The translations under genes and the position numbers were made by a program. From the NCBI GenBank assembly GCA_963692945.1, contig OY843585.1, forward strand, positions 960,001-992,000: a DNA stretch of 32,000 nucleotides, written 5' to 3'. This document shows, in pieces, positions 22,912-32,000 of the stretch (within the stretch, counting starts at the first letter, position 1; each line of letters opens with the position of its first letter). The notes below the pieces were generated by a model, which saw only the letters and a list, made by a program, of their open reading frames with translations, ran no database searches and was not told the origin of the DNA. This DNA comes from Bdellovibrionales bacterium. GTDB lineage: Bacteria; Bdellovibrionota; Bdellovibrionia; Bdellovibrionales; UBA1609.

Positions 22912-24206
22912 TGATTGAAAGATATAGTCTTAAGAAAATGTCTTCTCTTTGGTCTCTTGAAAGCCGCTTTTTATATATGCTTAAAGTAGAGCAGGCTGTG
23001 GCTATGGCTCAAGGAGATTTAAACATTATACCTAAGAGGGCGGCTCAAGCTATTCAAACCAAGTCTAAAATTTCTGTACCTAATATTTTAAAAAGGGAGA
23101 AAAAAACTTGTCATGATGTGACAGCCTTTATCAATGAAGTGGCTTCCTCTTTAGGTGATGACGGAGCTTATGTTCATTATGGTTTAACTTCTTCCGATGT
23201 TTTAGATACGGCTCTCAGTTTGCAAATTAAGGAAGCTTCTGAAGTGATTCATGAGAGTGTGAAAGAATTAAAAAAAACTTTAAAGAAGATAGTTCAAGAT
23301 CACAAAGGCACTTTGTGTTCTGGGAGAACCCATGGGATTCATGCTGAACCAACAAGTTTTGGTTTTAAAATTTTAGGACATCTTGTGGAGTTGCAAAGAG
23401 TGGAAGAAACTTTTAACACTTTTGTCAATCAATCTTTGGTTATAAAATTAAGTGGAGCTGTAGGAACTTATTCTTCTTTATCTTTTAAAGTTGAACAGAA
23501 GGTTTGTAAACTTTTAAAACTCAAACCAGAGCGTGTTGCCACTCAAGTGGTGCCAAGGGATCGCCTTGCTAGACTTGTATTTTCCTTAAGTCTCTTCGGT
23601 GCCTTTTTAGAACGATTGTCTGTGGAGCTAAGACATTTACAAAGAACAGAAGTGGGTGAGGTTTTAGAAAATTTTAAGCAAGGGCAAACAGGATCAAGTG
23701 CTATGCCTCATAAAAAAAATCCTATCTCTAGTGAAAATCTTGTAGGAATAGCAAGGATTCTTAGATCTTATGTGAATCCTTCTTTAGAAAATATTTCTTT
23801 ATGGCATGAGAGGGATATCAGCCATTCTTCTGTTGAAAGAGTGATTCTTCCAGATGCTTTTATTCTTGTTCATTATGGATTGGATCGTATGACAAAGCTG
23901 TTAAAAAATTTACAAGTTTACCCTAGGAGAATGATAGAAAATCTATCCCTTTCTCAAGGACTTATTTTTTCTTCTCAAGTTTTAAACGGCCTTGTAGGAA
24001 AAGGTTTATCTCGTGAAAAATCTTATGCTTTGGTTCAAAGTATAAGTCATAAAATAAAAAAAGGAGAGCACTTCCAAGACCTTCTAAAGAAAAACTCTCA
24101 AGTGACTAAGTATTTAAATGCAAAGGAGATTCAAAATATTTTTTCAGGTCAGAAAAATCTTAACTCCTTACTTGCTCATATTGATAGAGTTCTTAAAGAG
24201 ATTTAA
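22911..24206 (+). CDS. purB: Adenylosuccinate lyase
   Basis: The fumarate-lyase signature GSSAMPHKKNP is present. Length is 431 aa. The gene sits in the pur operon. Confidence 0.9.
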   Translation: MIERYSLKKMSSLWSLESRFLYMLKVEQAVAMAQGDLNIIPKRAAQAIQTKSKISVPNILKREKKTCHDVTAFINEVASSLGDDGAYVHYGLTSSDVLDTALSLQIKEASEVIHESVKELKKTLKKIVQDHKGTLCSGRTHGIHAEPTSFGFKILGHLVELQRVEETFNTFVNQSLVIKLSGAVGTYSSLSFKVEQKVCKLLKLKPERVATQVVPRDRLARLVFSLSLFGAFLERLSVELRHLQRTEVGEVLENFKQGQTGSSAMPHKKNPISSENLVGIARILRSYVNPSLENISLWHERDISHSSVERVILPDAFILVHYGLDRMTKLLKNLQVYPRRMIENLSLSQGLIFSSQVLNGLVGKGLSREKSYALVQSISHKIKKGEHFQDLLKKNSQVTKYLNAKEIQNIFSGQKNLNSLLAHIDRVLKEI

Positions 24207-24953
24207 ATGGAAACAAAAGGAGATTTGATTTACGAGGGAAAAGGGAAGAAAATCTACTCTGTGCAAGGGAGTGTGGATCAAGTTATTTTATTTTTTAAAG
24301 ATGATCTCACAGCTCTTCAAGGTCGGAAGAAAAATACTTTTGTAAAAAAAGGGGAGATTTGTAAAACAATATCTTCTATTGTTTTTAAATACTTAAAAAA
24401 AGAAGGTGTTTCTGTTCATTGGCTTAAAGATATAAATTCTTTAGAAAGTCTTTGTTTAAAAGTAGATATCATTCCTTTAGAAGTTGTTGTTAGAAACCGA
24501 TTGGCAGGAAGCACAGCTAAACGATTAGGGTTAAAAGAAGGAGAAGCCATTCCTAATTCTCCTCTTTTAGAATTTTATTACAAACGAGATGATTTGGATG
24601 ATCCCTTTGTGAGTGAAGAACAGATTGTGAAATTATCTCTTATAAAGAAAGTTTCTTTTTTACCGCAAATTAAAGAGATGGCTTTAGTCATCAATGAAAA
24701 GTTAAAGTTCTTTTTTTTAGAGTCTGGGTTAGAGCTTGTAGATTTTAAAATGGAGTTTGGAGATTTTAAAGGAAAACTTTTTTTATCAGATGATATCAGT
24801 CCAGACAGCTGTCGGATTTGGGATAAAGACACGGGATATCGTTTAGATAAGGATCGTTTCCGAAGAGACTGGGGAAAGGTAGAAGAAGGCTATCATAAGA
24901 TTAAGGATAAAATTCTTAAAAGATGGAACCAAGAATTAGAGGATAAAAAGTAA
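24207..24953 (+). CDS. purC: SAICAR synthetase
   Basis: LIYEGKGKKIY lies at the N-terminus, with LEVVVRN and DKDRFR. Length is 248 aa. Confidence 0.9.
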   Translation: METKGDLIYEGKGKKIYSVQGSVDQVILFFKDDLTALQGRKKNTFVKKGEICKTISSIVFKYLKKEGVSVHWLKDINSLESLCLKVDIIPLEVVVRNRLAGSTAKRLGLKEGEAIPNSPLLEFYYKRDDLDDPFVSEEQIVKLSLIKKVSFLPQIKEMALVINEKLKFFFLESGLELVDFKMEFGDFKGKLFLSDDISPDSCRIWDKDTGYRLDKDRFRRDWGKVEEGYHKIKDKILKRWNQELEDKK

Positions 24954-25195
24954 TGATTAAAGTAGGAGTGAAAATTCAATTTCGTAAAGAGGTTTTAGAT
25001 ACAGAAGGAAGAGCTCTTTTAAAACTTTTTCAAACTCAAAAACTACCAGTCAAAGAGTGTTGTTACGGTAAATACATTGAGCTTCATATTAACGAAACGG
25101 ACAAAAAAAAAGGACTGGATGTGGCTCATCAGATTGCTAAAAATATTTTATCTAATGAATTGATAGAGACTTTTGAATTAAAAATCATTGAGTGA
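24953..25195 (+). CDS. purS: FGAM synthase PurS subunit
   Basis: Length is 80 aa. The gene lies between purC and purQ. VLDTEGRAL is typical of PurS. Confidence 0.85.
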   Translation: MIKVGVKIQFRKEVLDTEGRALLKLFQTQKLPVKECCYGKYIELHINETDKKKGLDVAHQIAKNILSNELIETFELKIIE

Positions 25196-25208
25196 AGAGG
25201 TTTAGATT

Positions 25209-25856
25209 TTGAAAAAAACAGGTGTTCTTCAGTTTCCTGGAACCAATTGTGAAAGAGATGTTTGTAAGTCTCTTAAAAATTGCAATCCTGTTATTTTATC
25301 TTGTTTTGATTCTATAGATATTCAAAACTATAAAGCTTTTATTATTCCCGGTGGCTTTTCTTATGGAGATTATTTGAGGTCAGGTTCTTTAGCGGCTCAA
25401 TCTCAAGCGATGAAAGATGTTATAAGAGCGGCTCAAAAAGGAGTTCCAGTTTTAGGCATTTGCAATGGATTTCAAATCTTATGTGAAGCTCAACTCCTTA
25501 AAGGGGTTTTATTAAAAAACAAATGGGGTCGGTTTATAGATCGTTGGTCTTCTTTAACATTACAAAATCAAAATGAATTTTTTGGTGGAGGAAGTATCAA
25601 ACAAGTTTGTTTGCCTGTTGCTCATGGAGAGGGTCGTTATTATATTTCTCAAGAAGAACTTAAAAGGCTTTGGGATGACAATTTAGTTTGGCTCACTTAT
25701 GATGATAATTTTAATGGTTCTTTAGAGAGTATAGCAGGAATTATGAATGACACAAAAAATGTTGTGGGTTTGATGCCTCATCCAGAAAGAGCGATGGAGC
25801 TGTGGATGGGTGGTGTTGATGGTCAAAAGTTTTTTCATTTTTTAGAAAGTTTATGA
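25209..25856 (+). CDS. purQ: FGAM synthase glutaminase subunit
   Basis: The gene uses a TTG start. FPGTNCERD is present, and the catalytic triad context is GICNGFQ, HGEGR and MPHPER. Confidence 0.9.
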   Translation: MKKTGVLQFPGTNCERDVCKSLKNCNPVILSCFDSIDIQNYKAFIIPGGFSYGDYLRSGSLAAQSQAMKDVIRAAQKGVPVLGICNGFQILCEAQLLKGVLLKNKWGRFIDRWSSLTLQNQNEFFGGGSIKQVCLPVAHGEGRYYISQEELKRLWDDNLVWLTYDDNFNGSLESIAGIMNDTKNVVGLMPHPERAMELWMGGVDGQKFFHFLESL

Positions 25857-28033
25857 TCATGGAAAAAGAAAATCTTTATTTAAAAAAACATTTAAAAGAA
25901 GAAGATTATAAAAGGTTACAAAATCTTTTAAAACGCAACCCAAAAAATATAGAATTGGCATTGGCTGTTGCTTTATGGAATGAGCACTGTTCTTACAGAA
26001 GCTCTAAAATTCATTTAAAAAAATTTCAATTTCCTACAAAAAAAGAAACAGCGGCTATTGGAGAAAACGCAGGTATTGTAAGTGTAGGTCAAGGAGAGCG
26101 AGTGGCTTTTAAAATGGAAAGTCATAACCATCCCTCTTACATCATTCCTTATCATGGAGCAGCCACTGGGGTTGGAGGTATTTTAAGAGATGTCTTTGCA
26201 ATGAATGCTCGTCCTTTAATGCTAGCCGATTACCTTTGTTTTGGTGATCCTGAAACAGCTAAGGATAACCATTTGCGTGTTGATGGTGTTGTTCGTGGTA
26301 TTGGAGATTATGGAAACTGTATGGGAATACCAACACTGAATGGTCATACAGAATTTTCAAAATGTTACAATGGTAATATTTTAGTGAATGCTATGGCTTT
26401 AGGTTTTTTAGGTTCTAAAAATAAAGAGATGAGTTCAGGAGCTAAGGGGGTTGGTAATTATGTTGTCTATGCAGGTTCTACAACGGGAAGAGATGGTGTT
26501 TTAGGAGCTTCAATGGCAAGTGCTTCTTTTGAAGAAGAGGTGGATAAGCCCACTGTTCAAATTGGAGATCCTTTTTTTGGTAAGCAATTGATGGAAGCCT
26601 GTCTTTCAGCTATGAATCAAAATTTAATCGTTGCTTGTCAAGATATGGGAGCAGCTGGCTTAACTTGTTCAAGTTTTGAAATGGCAGAAAAGGGATCCAT
26701 AGGGTTGAAACTTCATTTAGATAAAGTTCCTTTAAGAGATCAAACTATGAGACCAGAAGATATTTTATTGTCTGAAAGTCAAGAACGAATGCTTTTTATT
26801 TGTGAGCCTTCTAAATGGGAAGAGTTAAAAAATATTTTTAATAAGTTTCAGTTAGAGATTCATATTTTAGGAGAGGTTTTAGATCATAAAGAGATTGAAA
26901 TTTATTGGAAAGATAAGTGTTTGTTAAAAGTAGATCCTACATTATTTACAAGTGAATCTCCTGTAGAAGATCGTCCTTATGAGTTTCCAGAGCCAGCTCT
27001 TAGAGTTTCTCCAAAAGAGTTTTATTTTCCAGAAAAAGAACTGAAAAATATTTTGCTTAAAGTTTTAAAAAGTTCTAATGGGAGAAGTAGGAGATTTATT
27101 TATGAGCAATACGATCAAAGGGTTGGAACAAATACAGTAAAAGACTCTTCTTATCCTCTTGCCATCATTCGTCTTCCAGAGAGTGGAAGAGAGCTAGGTG
27201 TGGCTTTAGGTTGTCGGGTTCCTCTTATGGAAACAGATGTAGAACAAGGAGCTAAGGATTCTATTTTTTTTCCAGCTTTAGAGCTGGTTTTAAGAGGGTT
27301 CACTCCTTGGGCTGTAACCGATTGTTTGAATTTTGGTAATCCAGAAAAACCAAAAGTTATGGGAGAATTTGTTTTAAGTGTAGAAACCCTATCTAAAGCT
27401 TGTGAGATTTTAGATACACCTGTTATCAGTGGAAATGTTAGTTTCTATAATGAGAGTCAAGATGTTAATATCACTCCCACACCTTCTATTGCTATGATAG
27501 GGCTTAAAGAAAATTCTCGTAAAATCCCTCAAAGTGGTTTTGTAAAGAAGAAAGAACAAGTTTATCTTTTAAGTTCTCATCAGTTTTGGTTTCCAGGCTC
27601 TATAAAAGATTTTTTTCCTCAAGTTAAAAATAACAATCAGGCTTTTGGGTTCTTACAAGATGACCTTGTAAATCTTTTTATAAACAAGATGAAAGAGTTA
27701 CAAGAAAAGGTTGAGTTTTCTAGTGCTAAGCTTGTAGGAAAATTTGGTATTCCCTATGCTTTAGCTCGTATGGTTTTAGAAAGAGGTGTTGGTTTTACCT
27801 TAGAAAAAGATTTTTCCTTACCTCTTTTAGGAGAAAGATTATATGAAGTGTTGGTGAGTCTTTCTCCTTCAGAAGAAAAGAATTTTAAAAATGAGGTTAA
27901 AAATCTAGGTTTAGATTGTGTCTTAGTAGGAAAAACAGAAGAGAATTCCTATCTTACAATAAAAAAATATCAATGGTCTTTAGAAGAATTGCAAGAGGCT
28001 TATTATTGTTCTTGGGAAGATATAAGTTTATGA
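25853..28033 (+). CDS. purL: FGAM synthase II (small PurL)
   Basis: Length is 726 aa. WNEHCSYRSSK, ESHNHPS and GIGDYGNCMGIP are present. The gene overlaps purQ and purF (ATGA junctions). Confidence 0.9.
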   Translation: MIMEKENLYLKKHLKEEDYKRLQNLLKRNPKNIELALAVALWNEHCSYRSSKIHLKKFQFPTKKETAAIGENAGIVSVGQGERVAFKMESHNHPSYIIPYHGAATGVGGILRDVFAMNARPLMLADYLCFGDPETAKDNHLRVDGVVRGIGDYGNCMGIPTLNGHTEFSKCYNGNILVNAMALGFLGSKNKEMSSGAKGVGNYVVYAGSTTGRDGVLGASMASASFEEEVDKPTVQIGDPFFGKQLMEACLSAMNQNLIVACQDMGAAGLTCSSFEMAEKGSIGLKLHLDKVPLRDQTMRPEDILLSESQERMLFICEPSKWEELKNIFNKFQLEIHILGEVLDHKEIEIYWKDKCLLKVDPTLFTSESPVEDRPYEFPEPALRVSPKEFYFPEKELKNILLKVLKSSNGRSRRFIYEQYDQRVGTNTVKDSSYPLAIIRLPESGRELGVALGCRVPLMETDVEQGAKDSIFFPALELVLRGFTPWAVTDCLNFGNPEKPKVMGEFVLSVETLSKACEILDTPVISGNVSFYNESQDVNITPTPSIAMIGLKENSRKIPQSGFVKKKEQVYLLSSHQFWFPGSIKDFFPQVKNNNQAFGFLQDDLVNLFINKMKELQEKVEFSSAKLVGKFGIPYALARMVLERGVGFTLEKDFSLPLLGERLYEVLVSLSPSEEKNFKNEVKNLGLDCVLVGKTEENSYLTIKKYQWSLEELQEAYYCSWEDISL

Positions 28034-29397
28034 GTTGGAAAGATAAATGTGCTGTTTTTGGAATTTGGAATCATCCAGAGGCTTCTTTTTTAACTTATTT
28101 GGGTTTGTATGCTCTTCAACATCGTGGTCAAGAAGGAGCTGGTATTGTTTCTTTGAATAAAGGTCAACCTATCTCTTTTAAAAATCTAGGTTTAGTGGGA
28201 GATGTTTTTTCTCCTGAAAACTTACAAAAACTTTCTGGTTTAGCAGCCATTGGACATACGAGATATTCTACAACAGGTTCTGATGAATTAAAAAATATTC
28301 AACCTTTGACGATGAAAACTTCTTTTGGGTTTGTTTCCATTTCTCACAATGGAAATATTGTAAATCATCGTCAAATTCAAAAAACAATGAAGAGTGGAAA
28401 AGAAGTAAGCAGTAGTGATACGGAATGCATTTTTTCTCTTTTAAATAACTGCAATCAAAGTTCAGTGGATCAGGCTTTAAAAGAAAATTTATCAAAATTA
28501 GAAGGAGCTTATAGCCTAGCCATTTTAACAAAAGATTCTTTAATCGCTGCGAGAGATCCTATGGGGTTTCGTCCTTTAGTTTTAGGACAAAAAAAAGGAG
28601 CTTATGTTGTGGCTTCTGAAACTTGTGCATTTGATCTTATAGGTGCTACATACATTCGTGAAATTAAGCCAGGTGAAATTTTAACAATAACGGATAAGGG
28701 GTTAAAATCAGAACAGATTTCCAAACCTTCTAGGTTGGCAAAATGTATTTTTGAACATGTTTATTTTTCTCGTCCAGACAGTTTCGTTTTTGGTAAAAAT
28801 GTTTATGAATGTAGAAAAAAAATGGGCATGTATTTAGCTCAAGAGCATCCTGTGGATGCGGATTTGGTCCTACCTGTTCCTGATAGTGGAGTGCCTGCTG
28901 CCATTGGTTACTCTCAGGAAAGTGGCATACCTTACGAAATGGGAATCATACGAAATCATTATATCGGAAGGACATTTATCCATCCTTCTGATTCTATAAG
29001 AAATTTCAAGGTGAAGATAAAGTTAAATCCTCAGCAGCATTTGGTTGAAGGAAAGAAAATTGTGGCTATTGATGATTCTATTGTGAGAGGAACAACTTCT
29101 AAGTCTTTGATAGAAGTTCTTCGTCAAGCGGGAGCAAAAGAGGTGCATTTAAGAGTCTCTTCACCTCCTATTAAAGGGCCTTGTTATTATGGTGTAGATA
29201 CTCCTTTAAAGAAGCAACTTATTTCTGGGAATCATAAAAGCGTTGAAGACATTAGAAAGTTTTTAAAAGCCGATTCTTTAGCTTATCTTTCTTCTGAAAA
29301 TTTAATTAAAGCCAGTGGAGGGGATTCAAGTCATTATTGTCTTGCTTGTTTTAATGAAAAATATCCAACTCCTTTGTATGAAGGAGATAGTCTATGA
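28030..29397 (+). CDS. purF: Amidophosphoribosyltransferase, propeptide-bearing [4Fe-4S] type
   Basis: MSWKDK-CAVFGIW is a 6-residue propeptide before the catalytic Cys. LQHRGQEGAGI is present. Cluster Cys candidates are KCIF, GPCYYG and CLACF. The start at 28030 overlaps the purL TGA. The ORF-track start at 27916 lies inside purL. Confidence 0.9.
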   Translation: MSWKDKCAVFGIWNHPEASFLTYLGLYALQHRGQEGAGIVSLNKGQPISFKNLGLVGDVFSPENLQKLSGLAAIGHTRYSTTGSDELKNIQPLTMKTSFGFVSISHNGNIVNHRQIQKTMKSGKEVSSSDTECIFSLLNNCNQSSVDQALKENLSKLEGAYSLAILTKDSLIAARDPMGFRPLVLGQKKGAYVVASETCAFDLIGATYIREIKPGEILTITDKGLKSEQISKPSRLAKCIFEHVYFSRPDSFVFGKNVYECRKKMGMYLAQEHPVDADLVLPVPDSGVPAAIGYSQESGIPYEMGIIRNHYIGRTFIHPSDSIRNFKVKIKLNPQQHLVEGKKIVAIDDSIVRGTTSKSLIEVLRQAGAKEVHLRVSSPPIKGPCYYGVDTPLKKQLISGNHKSVEDIRKFLKADSLAYLSSENLIKASGGDSSHYCLACFNEKYPTPLYEGDSL

Positions 29398-30281
29398 AAT
29401 TAAAAAAAGGTGATACTATTGATCTTGTTGCTCCTTCTTCTTTTCCTTTGAATAAGAATTGGTTAAAAGGGCTTAAAATTTTAGAAGAGTGGGAATTGAA
29501 GATTCGTTTTCCAAAAGATATGATTTCCCCTTGGATGTATCATGCAAACACGAATCAAAAACGAACAAAGTTTTTAGAACAGGCTTTTAAAAACTCTACA
29601 TCTAAAGCCGTTTGGGCTATTAGAGGAGGTTATGGGTTACAAAAAGTAATGCCTTCTTTTGTTAAATCTAAAATTCAAAAGAAACTCTTTATTGGTTTTA
29701 GTGATGCTACAGCTTTACATATTTATTTAAATGATATTTGTAAGATGCCCAGTTTACATGCTCCTTTTGTGGCAGACCTTCCTTATTTGTCTAAAAAAGA
29801 TTTAAGAATGTTAAAAAGTATTTTATTTGGAGAGCAGAAAGAAGTTGTATTTTCTGATTTAAAATTACTCAATAAAAATCTAAAAGTAAAAAAATTAAGA
29901 GCTCCTATTGTTGGTGGTAATCTAACTCTTTTAAGCACTTCTTTATCTTCTCCGTGGTTTCCTAAAAATTTAGACAAATGTTTTTTATTTTTAGAAGATG
30001 TTAACGAAGAAGATTACAGGATTGACCGATCTCTTCATCAACTTTTGTTTTCTGGAGCCATGAAAAAAGTTCAAGCCATACTTTTAGGATCTTTTACTCC
30101 TTTAAAAAAGAGAGATTTAGAAAATAAATTATTAAAGTCTTTTTCTGATTTTTCCAATACACCTATTTTTACAGGACTGCCTTGCGGCCATATCTTTAAA
30201 AACAGCCCTTTGCCATTGGCTAAAAATTCTGAAATAAATTTTCAAGATAGTAAAGCGACTTTACGAGTTACATCTTTTTAA
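29394..30281 (+). CDS. ldcA: Muramoyltetrapeptide LD-carboxypeptidase (peptidase S66)
   Basis: IRGGYG, GFSDATALH (Ser nucleophile), GGNLTLL, FLEDVNEEDYRIDRSLHQL, AILLGSF and GLPCGH closely follow the LdcA pattern. Confidence 0.85.
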   Translation: MKLKKGDTIDLVAPSSFPLNKNWLKGLKILEEWELKIRFPKDMISPWMYHANTNQKRTKFLEQAFKNSTSKAVWAIRGGYGLQKVMPSFVKSKIQKKLFIGFSDATALHIYLNDICKMPSLHAPFVADLPYLSKKDLRMLKSILFGEQKEVVFSDLKLLNKNLKVKKLRAPIVGGNLTLLSTSLSSPWFPKNLDKCFLFLEDVNEEDYRIDRSLHQLLFSGAMKKVQAILLGSFTPLKKRDLENKLLKSFSDFSNTPIFTGLPCGHIFKNSPLPLAKNSEINFQDSKATLRVTSF

Positions 30282-31744
30282 TGAGTGTTTTTAAATTAAA
30301 AGTTAGAGTATCTATTTCTTCTCCTAAATTTTGTGATTTAGAAATGAAACAAAAAGATTCTATTTATTTTATGGGAATTTGTGGGACAGCTATGGCTTCT
30401 TTTGCTGTTTATTTAAAAACAATGGGTTTTTTAGTCTCAGGAAGTGATGCCAATGTTTATCCACCTATGTCTTCTTTGTTAGAGCAAAAAGATATTTCTA
30501 TTTTTACTTATAATAAAAACAATTTATCAAAAAAAATAAAACTAGTTATTGTTGGAAATGTTATACAAAAAATCAATGAAGAGATTCAAGTTTTAGAAGA
30601 ATTACAAATACCTTATATTAGTCTTCCTGAATTTTTAGAGCAAACCCTATTAAAAGATACAAAAAATATAGTGATTGCTGGGACTCATGGAAAAAGTACA
30701 ACCACTTCTCTTATGACTCAAATCTCTCAATGGACTCATAAAGAGGCTGGGTTTTTTATTGCTGCTTTATCTTCAAACTTTCAAACCTCTTTTCATGTTA
30801 CAAACAAAGAATGGTTTATTATTGAAGGGGATGAGTATGACACCGCTTTTTTTGCTAAAAGGGCTAAATTTTTTTATTACAATCCTTTTGCTCTTATTTT
30901 AACAAATGTTGAATTTGACCATGGTGATATTTATAAAAATTTTGAAGAGGTGAAAACAACTTTTAAAAATCTTATTCAAAAAATGTCTTCTGACAATTAT
31001 CTTGTGGCTTGTTTTGAAGATGAGACAGTGAGAGCATTAGCATCTTTTTCTAAAGCTCAGGTTATTAGTTATGGAATGAATAAAGGAGATTATCAAATTA
31101 AAAATCGTCAGATTTTAAAGAATCAACAAGTCTTTGATATTCATTATAAAGGTCAAAAAATAGAGACTTGTTCTTTAAATTTATTTGGAGAGCATAATGC
31201 CCTTAATGCTTTAGCAACGATAGCCTTAAGTCACACTTTAAAATGGCCTTTAAAAAAGGTTGTAGAGGCTTTAAATCATTTTAAAGGTCTTGAACGAAGA
31301 CTTCAAAAAATAGGGGAATACAATAAAATTTTATTGTATGAAGATTTTGCTCATCATCCAACGGCTGTAAAAGCGAGTTTATCTGCACTAAAGGAAAAAT
31401 TTCCAAATAAAAGGTTGGTGGTTTTATTTGAACCTCGTTCTTTTACTTCTCGTCTTAATGTTTTTCAAAAAAATTATAGTGAGGCTTTTTATAAAGCCGA
31501 TGTTGTTATTATTTCTAAACCTTTTGATACTTCTAGAATTGAAAAAAACAAACGGTTTTCTGCAAAATCTTTAGTTAAGGATTTGAAAGAAAAAGAAAAA
31601 ATAGCTTTTTATGGAGAGAGTATTGGCTCCATTAAAAAACAACTTTTTTCTTTGATTCGATCTAATGATGTGATTGTAGTTATGAGTAATGGTTTTTTTG
31701 GAGGAATATTGAAACAGATTAAAAAAACTTTGCAAAATCAGTAA
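30281..31744 (+). CDS. mpl: UDP-N-acetylmuramate:L-alanyl-gamma-D-glutamyl-meso-diaminopimelate ligase (murein peptide ligase)
   Basis: GICGTAMASFA...GSDANVYPPMSSLLE, GTHGKSTTTS, EGDEYDTAFF, FDHGDI and DFAHHPTA match Mpl closely. The alternative start, an ATG at 30344 (MKQKDSIYFMGICG), may be the true one. Confidence 0.85.
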   Translation: MSVFKLKVRVSISSPKFCDLEMKQKDSIYFMGICGTAMASFAVYLKTMGFLVSGSDANVYPPMSSLLEQKDISIFTYNKNNLSKKIKLVIVGNVIQKINEEIQVLEELQIPYISLPEFLEQTLLKDTKNIVIAGTHGKSTTTSLMTQISQWTHKEAGFFIAALSSNFQTSFHVTNKEWFIIEGDEYDTAFFAKRAKFFYYNPFALILTNVEFDHGDIYKNFEEVKTTFKNLIQKMSSDNYLVACFEDETVRALASFSKAQVISYGMNKGDYQIKNRQILKNQQVFDIHYKGQKIETCSLNLFGEHNALNALATIALSHTLKWPLKKVVEALNHFKGLERRLQKIGEYNKILLYEDFAHHPTAVKASLSALKEKFPNKRLVVLFEPRSFTSRLNVFQKNYSEAFYKADVVIISKPFDTSRIEKNKRFSAKSLVKDLKEKEKIAFYGESIGSIKKQLFSLIRSNDVIVVMSNGFFGGILKQIKKTLQNQ

Positions 31745-31822
31745 TTATTCCTTGTTTGTTTATCAATTAGAAAAGCAAATTTGTAATGTAACACCTAAAA
31801 AATGATTGACTGACAAGATATT

Positions 31823-32000
31823 TTAAAAAATATCGCGACATCTAGAAAGAAAAGAAGTTTCATTTCTTTCATTTGCACTAGCCTTGTTTTCAAGAAGTTT
31901 AACAAGTTCTGGATAACCTGTCCCACTTGCTATGTGAAGAATTGTATAGCCATGTATGTCTTTAGCATGGATATCAGCACCGTGTTCAAGAAGAAATTTA
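31823..32000 (-). CDS. C-terminal part of an ankyrin-repeat protein, truncated at its 5' end by the window edge
   Basis: The minus-strand frame is open from the window edge to TAA (plus-strand 31823-31825). It translates to KFLLEHGADIHAKDIHGYTILHIASGTGYPELVKLLENKASANERNETSFLSRCRDIF, a classic ANK repeat consensus. Confidence 0.7.
   Translation of the reverse strand, partial: KFLLEHGADIHAKDIHGYTILHIASGTGYPELVKLLENKASANERNETSFLSRCRDIF

Noticed and set aside
27916-28029. The long N-terminal extension of the purF ORF in the supplied track.
   Set aside because: The extension lies entirely inside the 3' end of purL in another frame. The conserved PurF N-terminus (propeptide plus CAVFGIW) begins at the ATG at 28030, which forms an ATGA overlap with the purL stop.

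Overview
This is an AT-rich bacterial chromosomal window, roughly 30% G+C by eye. Signal-peptide lipoproteins and beta-barrel outer-membrane proteins with C-terminal aromatic residues indicate a Gram-negative cell plan. I could not run any searches, so all calls rest on motifs read from the supplied translations and the DNA.

Most of the window is housekeeping:
- xerD and a convergent DUF177/YceD gene.
- prpB-prpC.
- ribB(X)-ribH-proS.
- der-rnc, convergent with proS.
- Two OMP genes.
- One long, tightly coupled operon: purM-orf-purB-purC-purS-purQ-purL-purF-ldcA-mpl.

The unusual part is an accessory-looking block at about 4.6-13.2 kb:
- Two divergently transcribed paralogous large secreted proteins carry an HELGH zinc-metalloprotease motif. 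One has an extra C-terminal L-type-lectin-like domain.
- A small lipoprotein is encoded directly upstream of one paralog.
- Two exported ankyrin-repeat proteins follow. A third, partial ankyrin gene lies at the right window edge.
- A ~980 bp ORF-free, more G+C-rich, highly repetitive region abuts a tRNA(CAU) gene.

That repetitive region contains:
- Two displaced copies of the tRNA 3' end, each fused to the same 81-nt sequence. They look like att-like integration scars, and no integrase lies between them.
- Near-identical 86-nt tandem units that end in a recurring GAAAAAC/GTTTTTC hairpin.
- A perfect 17-bp inverted repeat.
- An almost perfect tandem array of 8.7 copies of a 23-bp unit, with no spacers.

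I saw no recognisable defence system, CRISPR array, transposase or rRNA. The most novel candidates are the tRNA-linked repeat complex and the metalloprotease/lectin/ankyrin exported-protein cluster.
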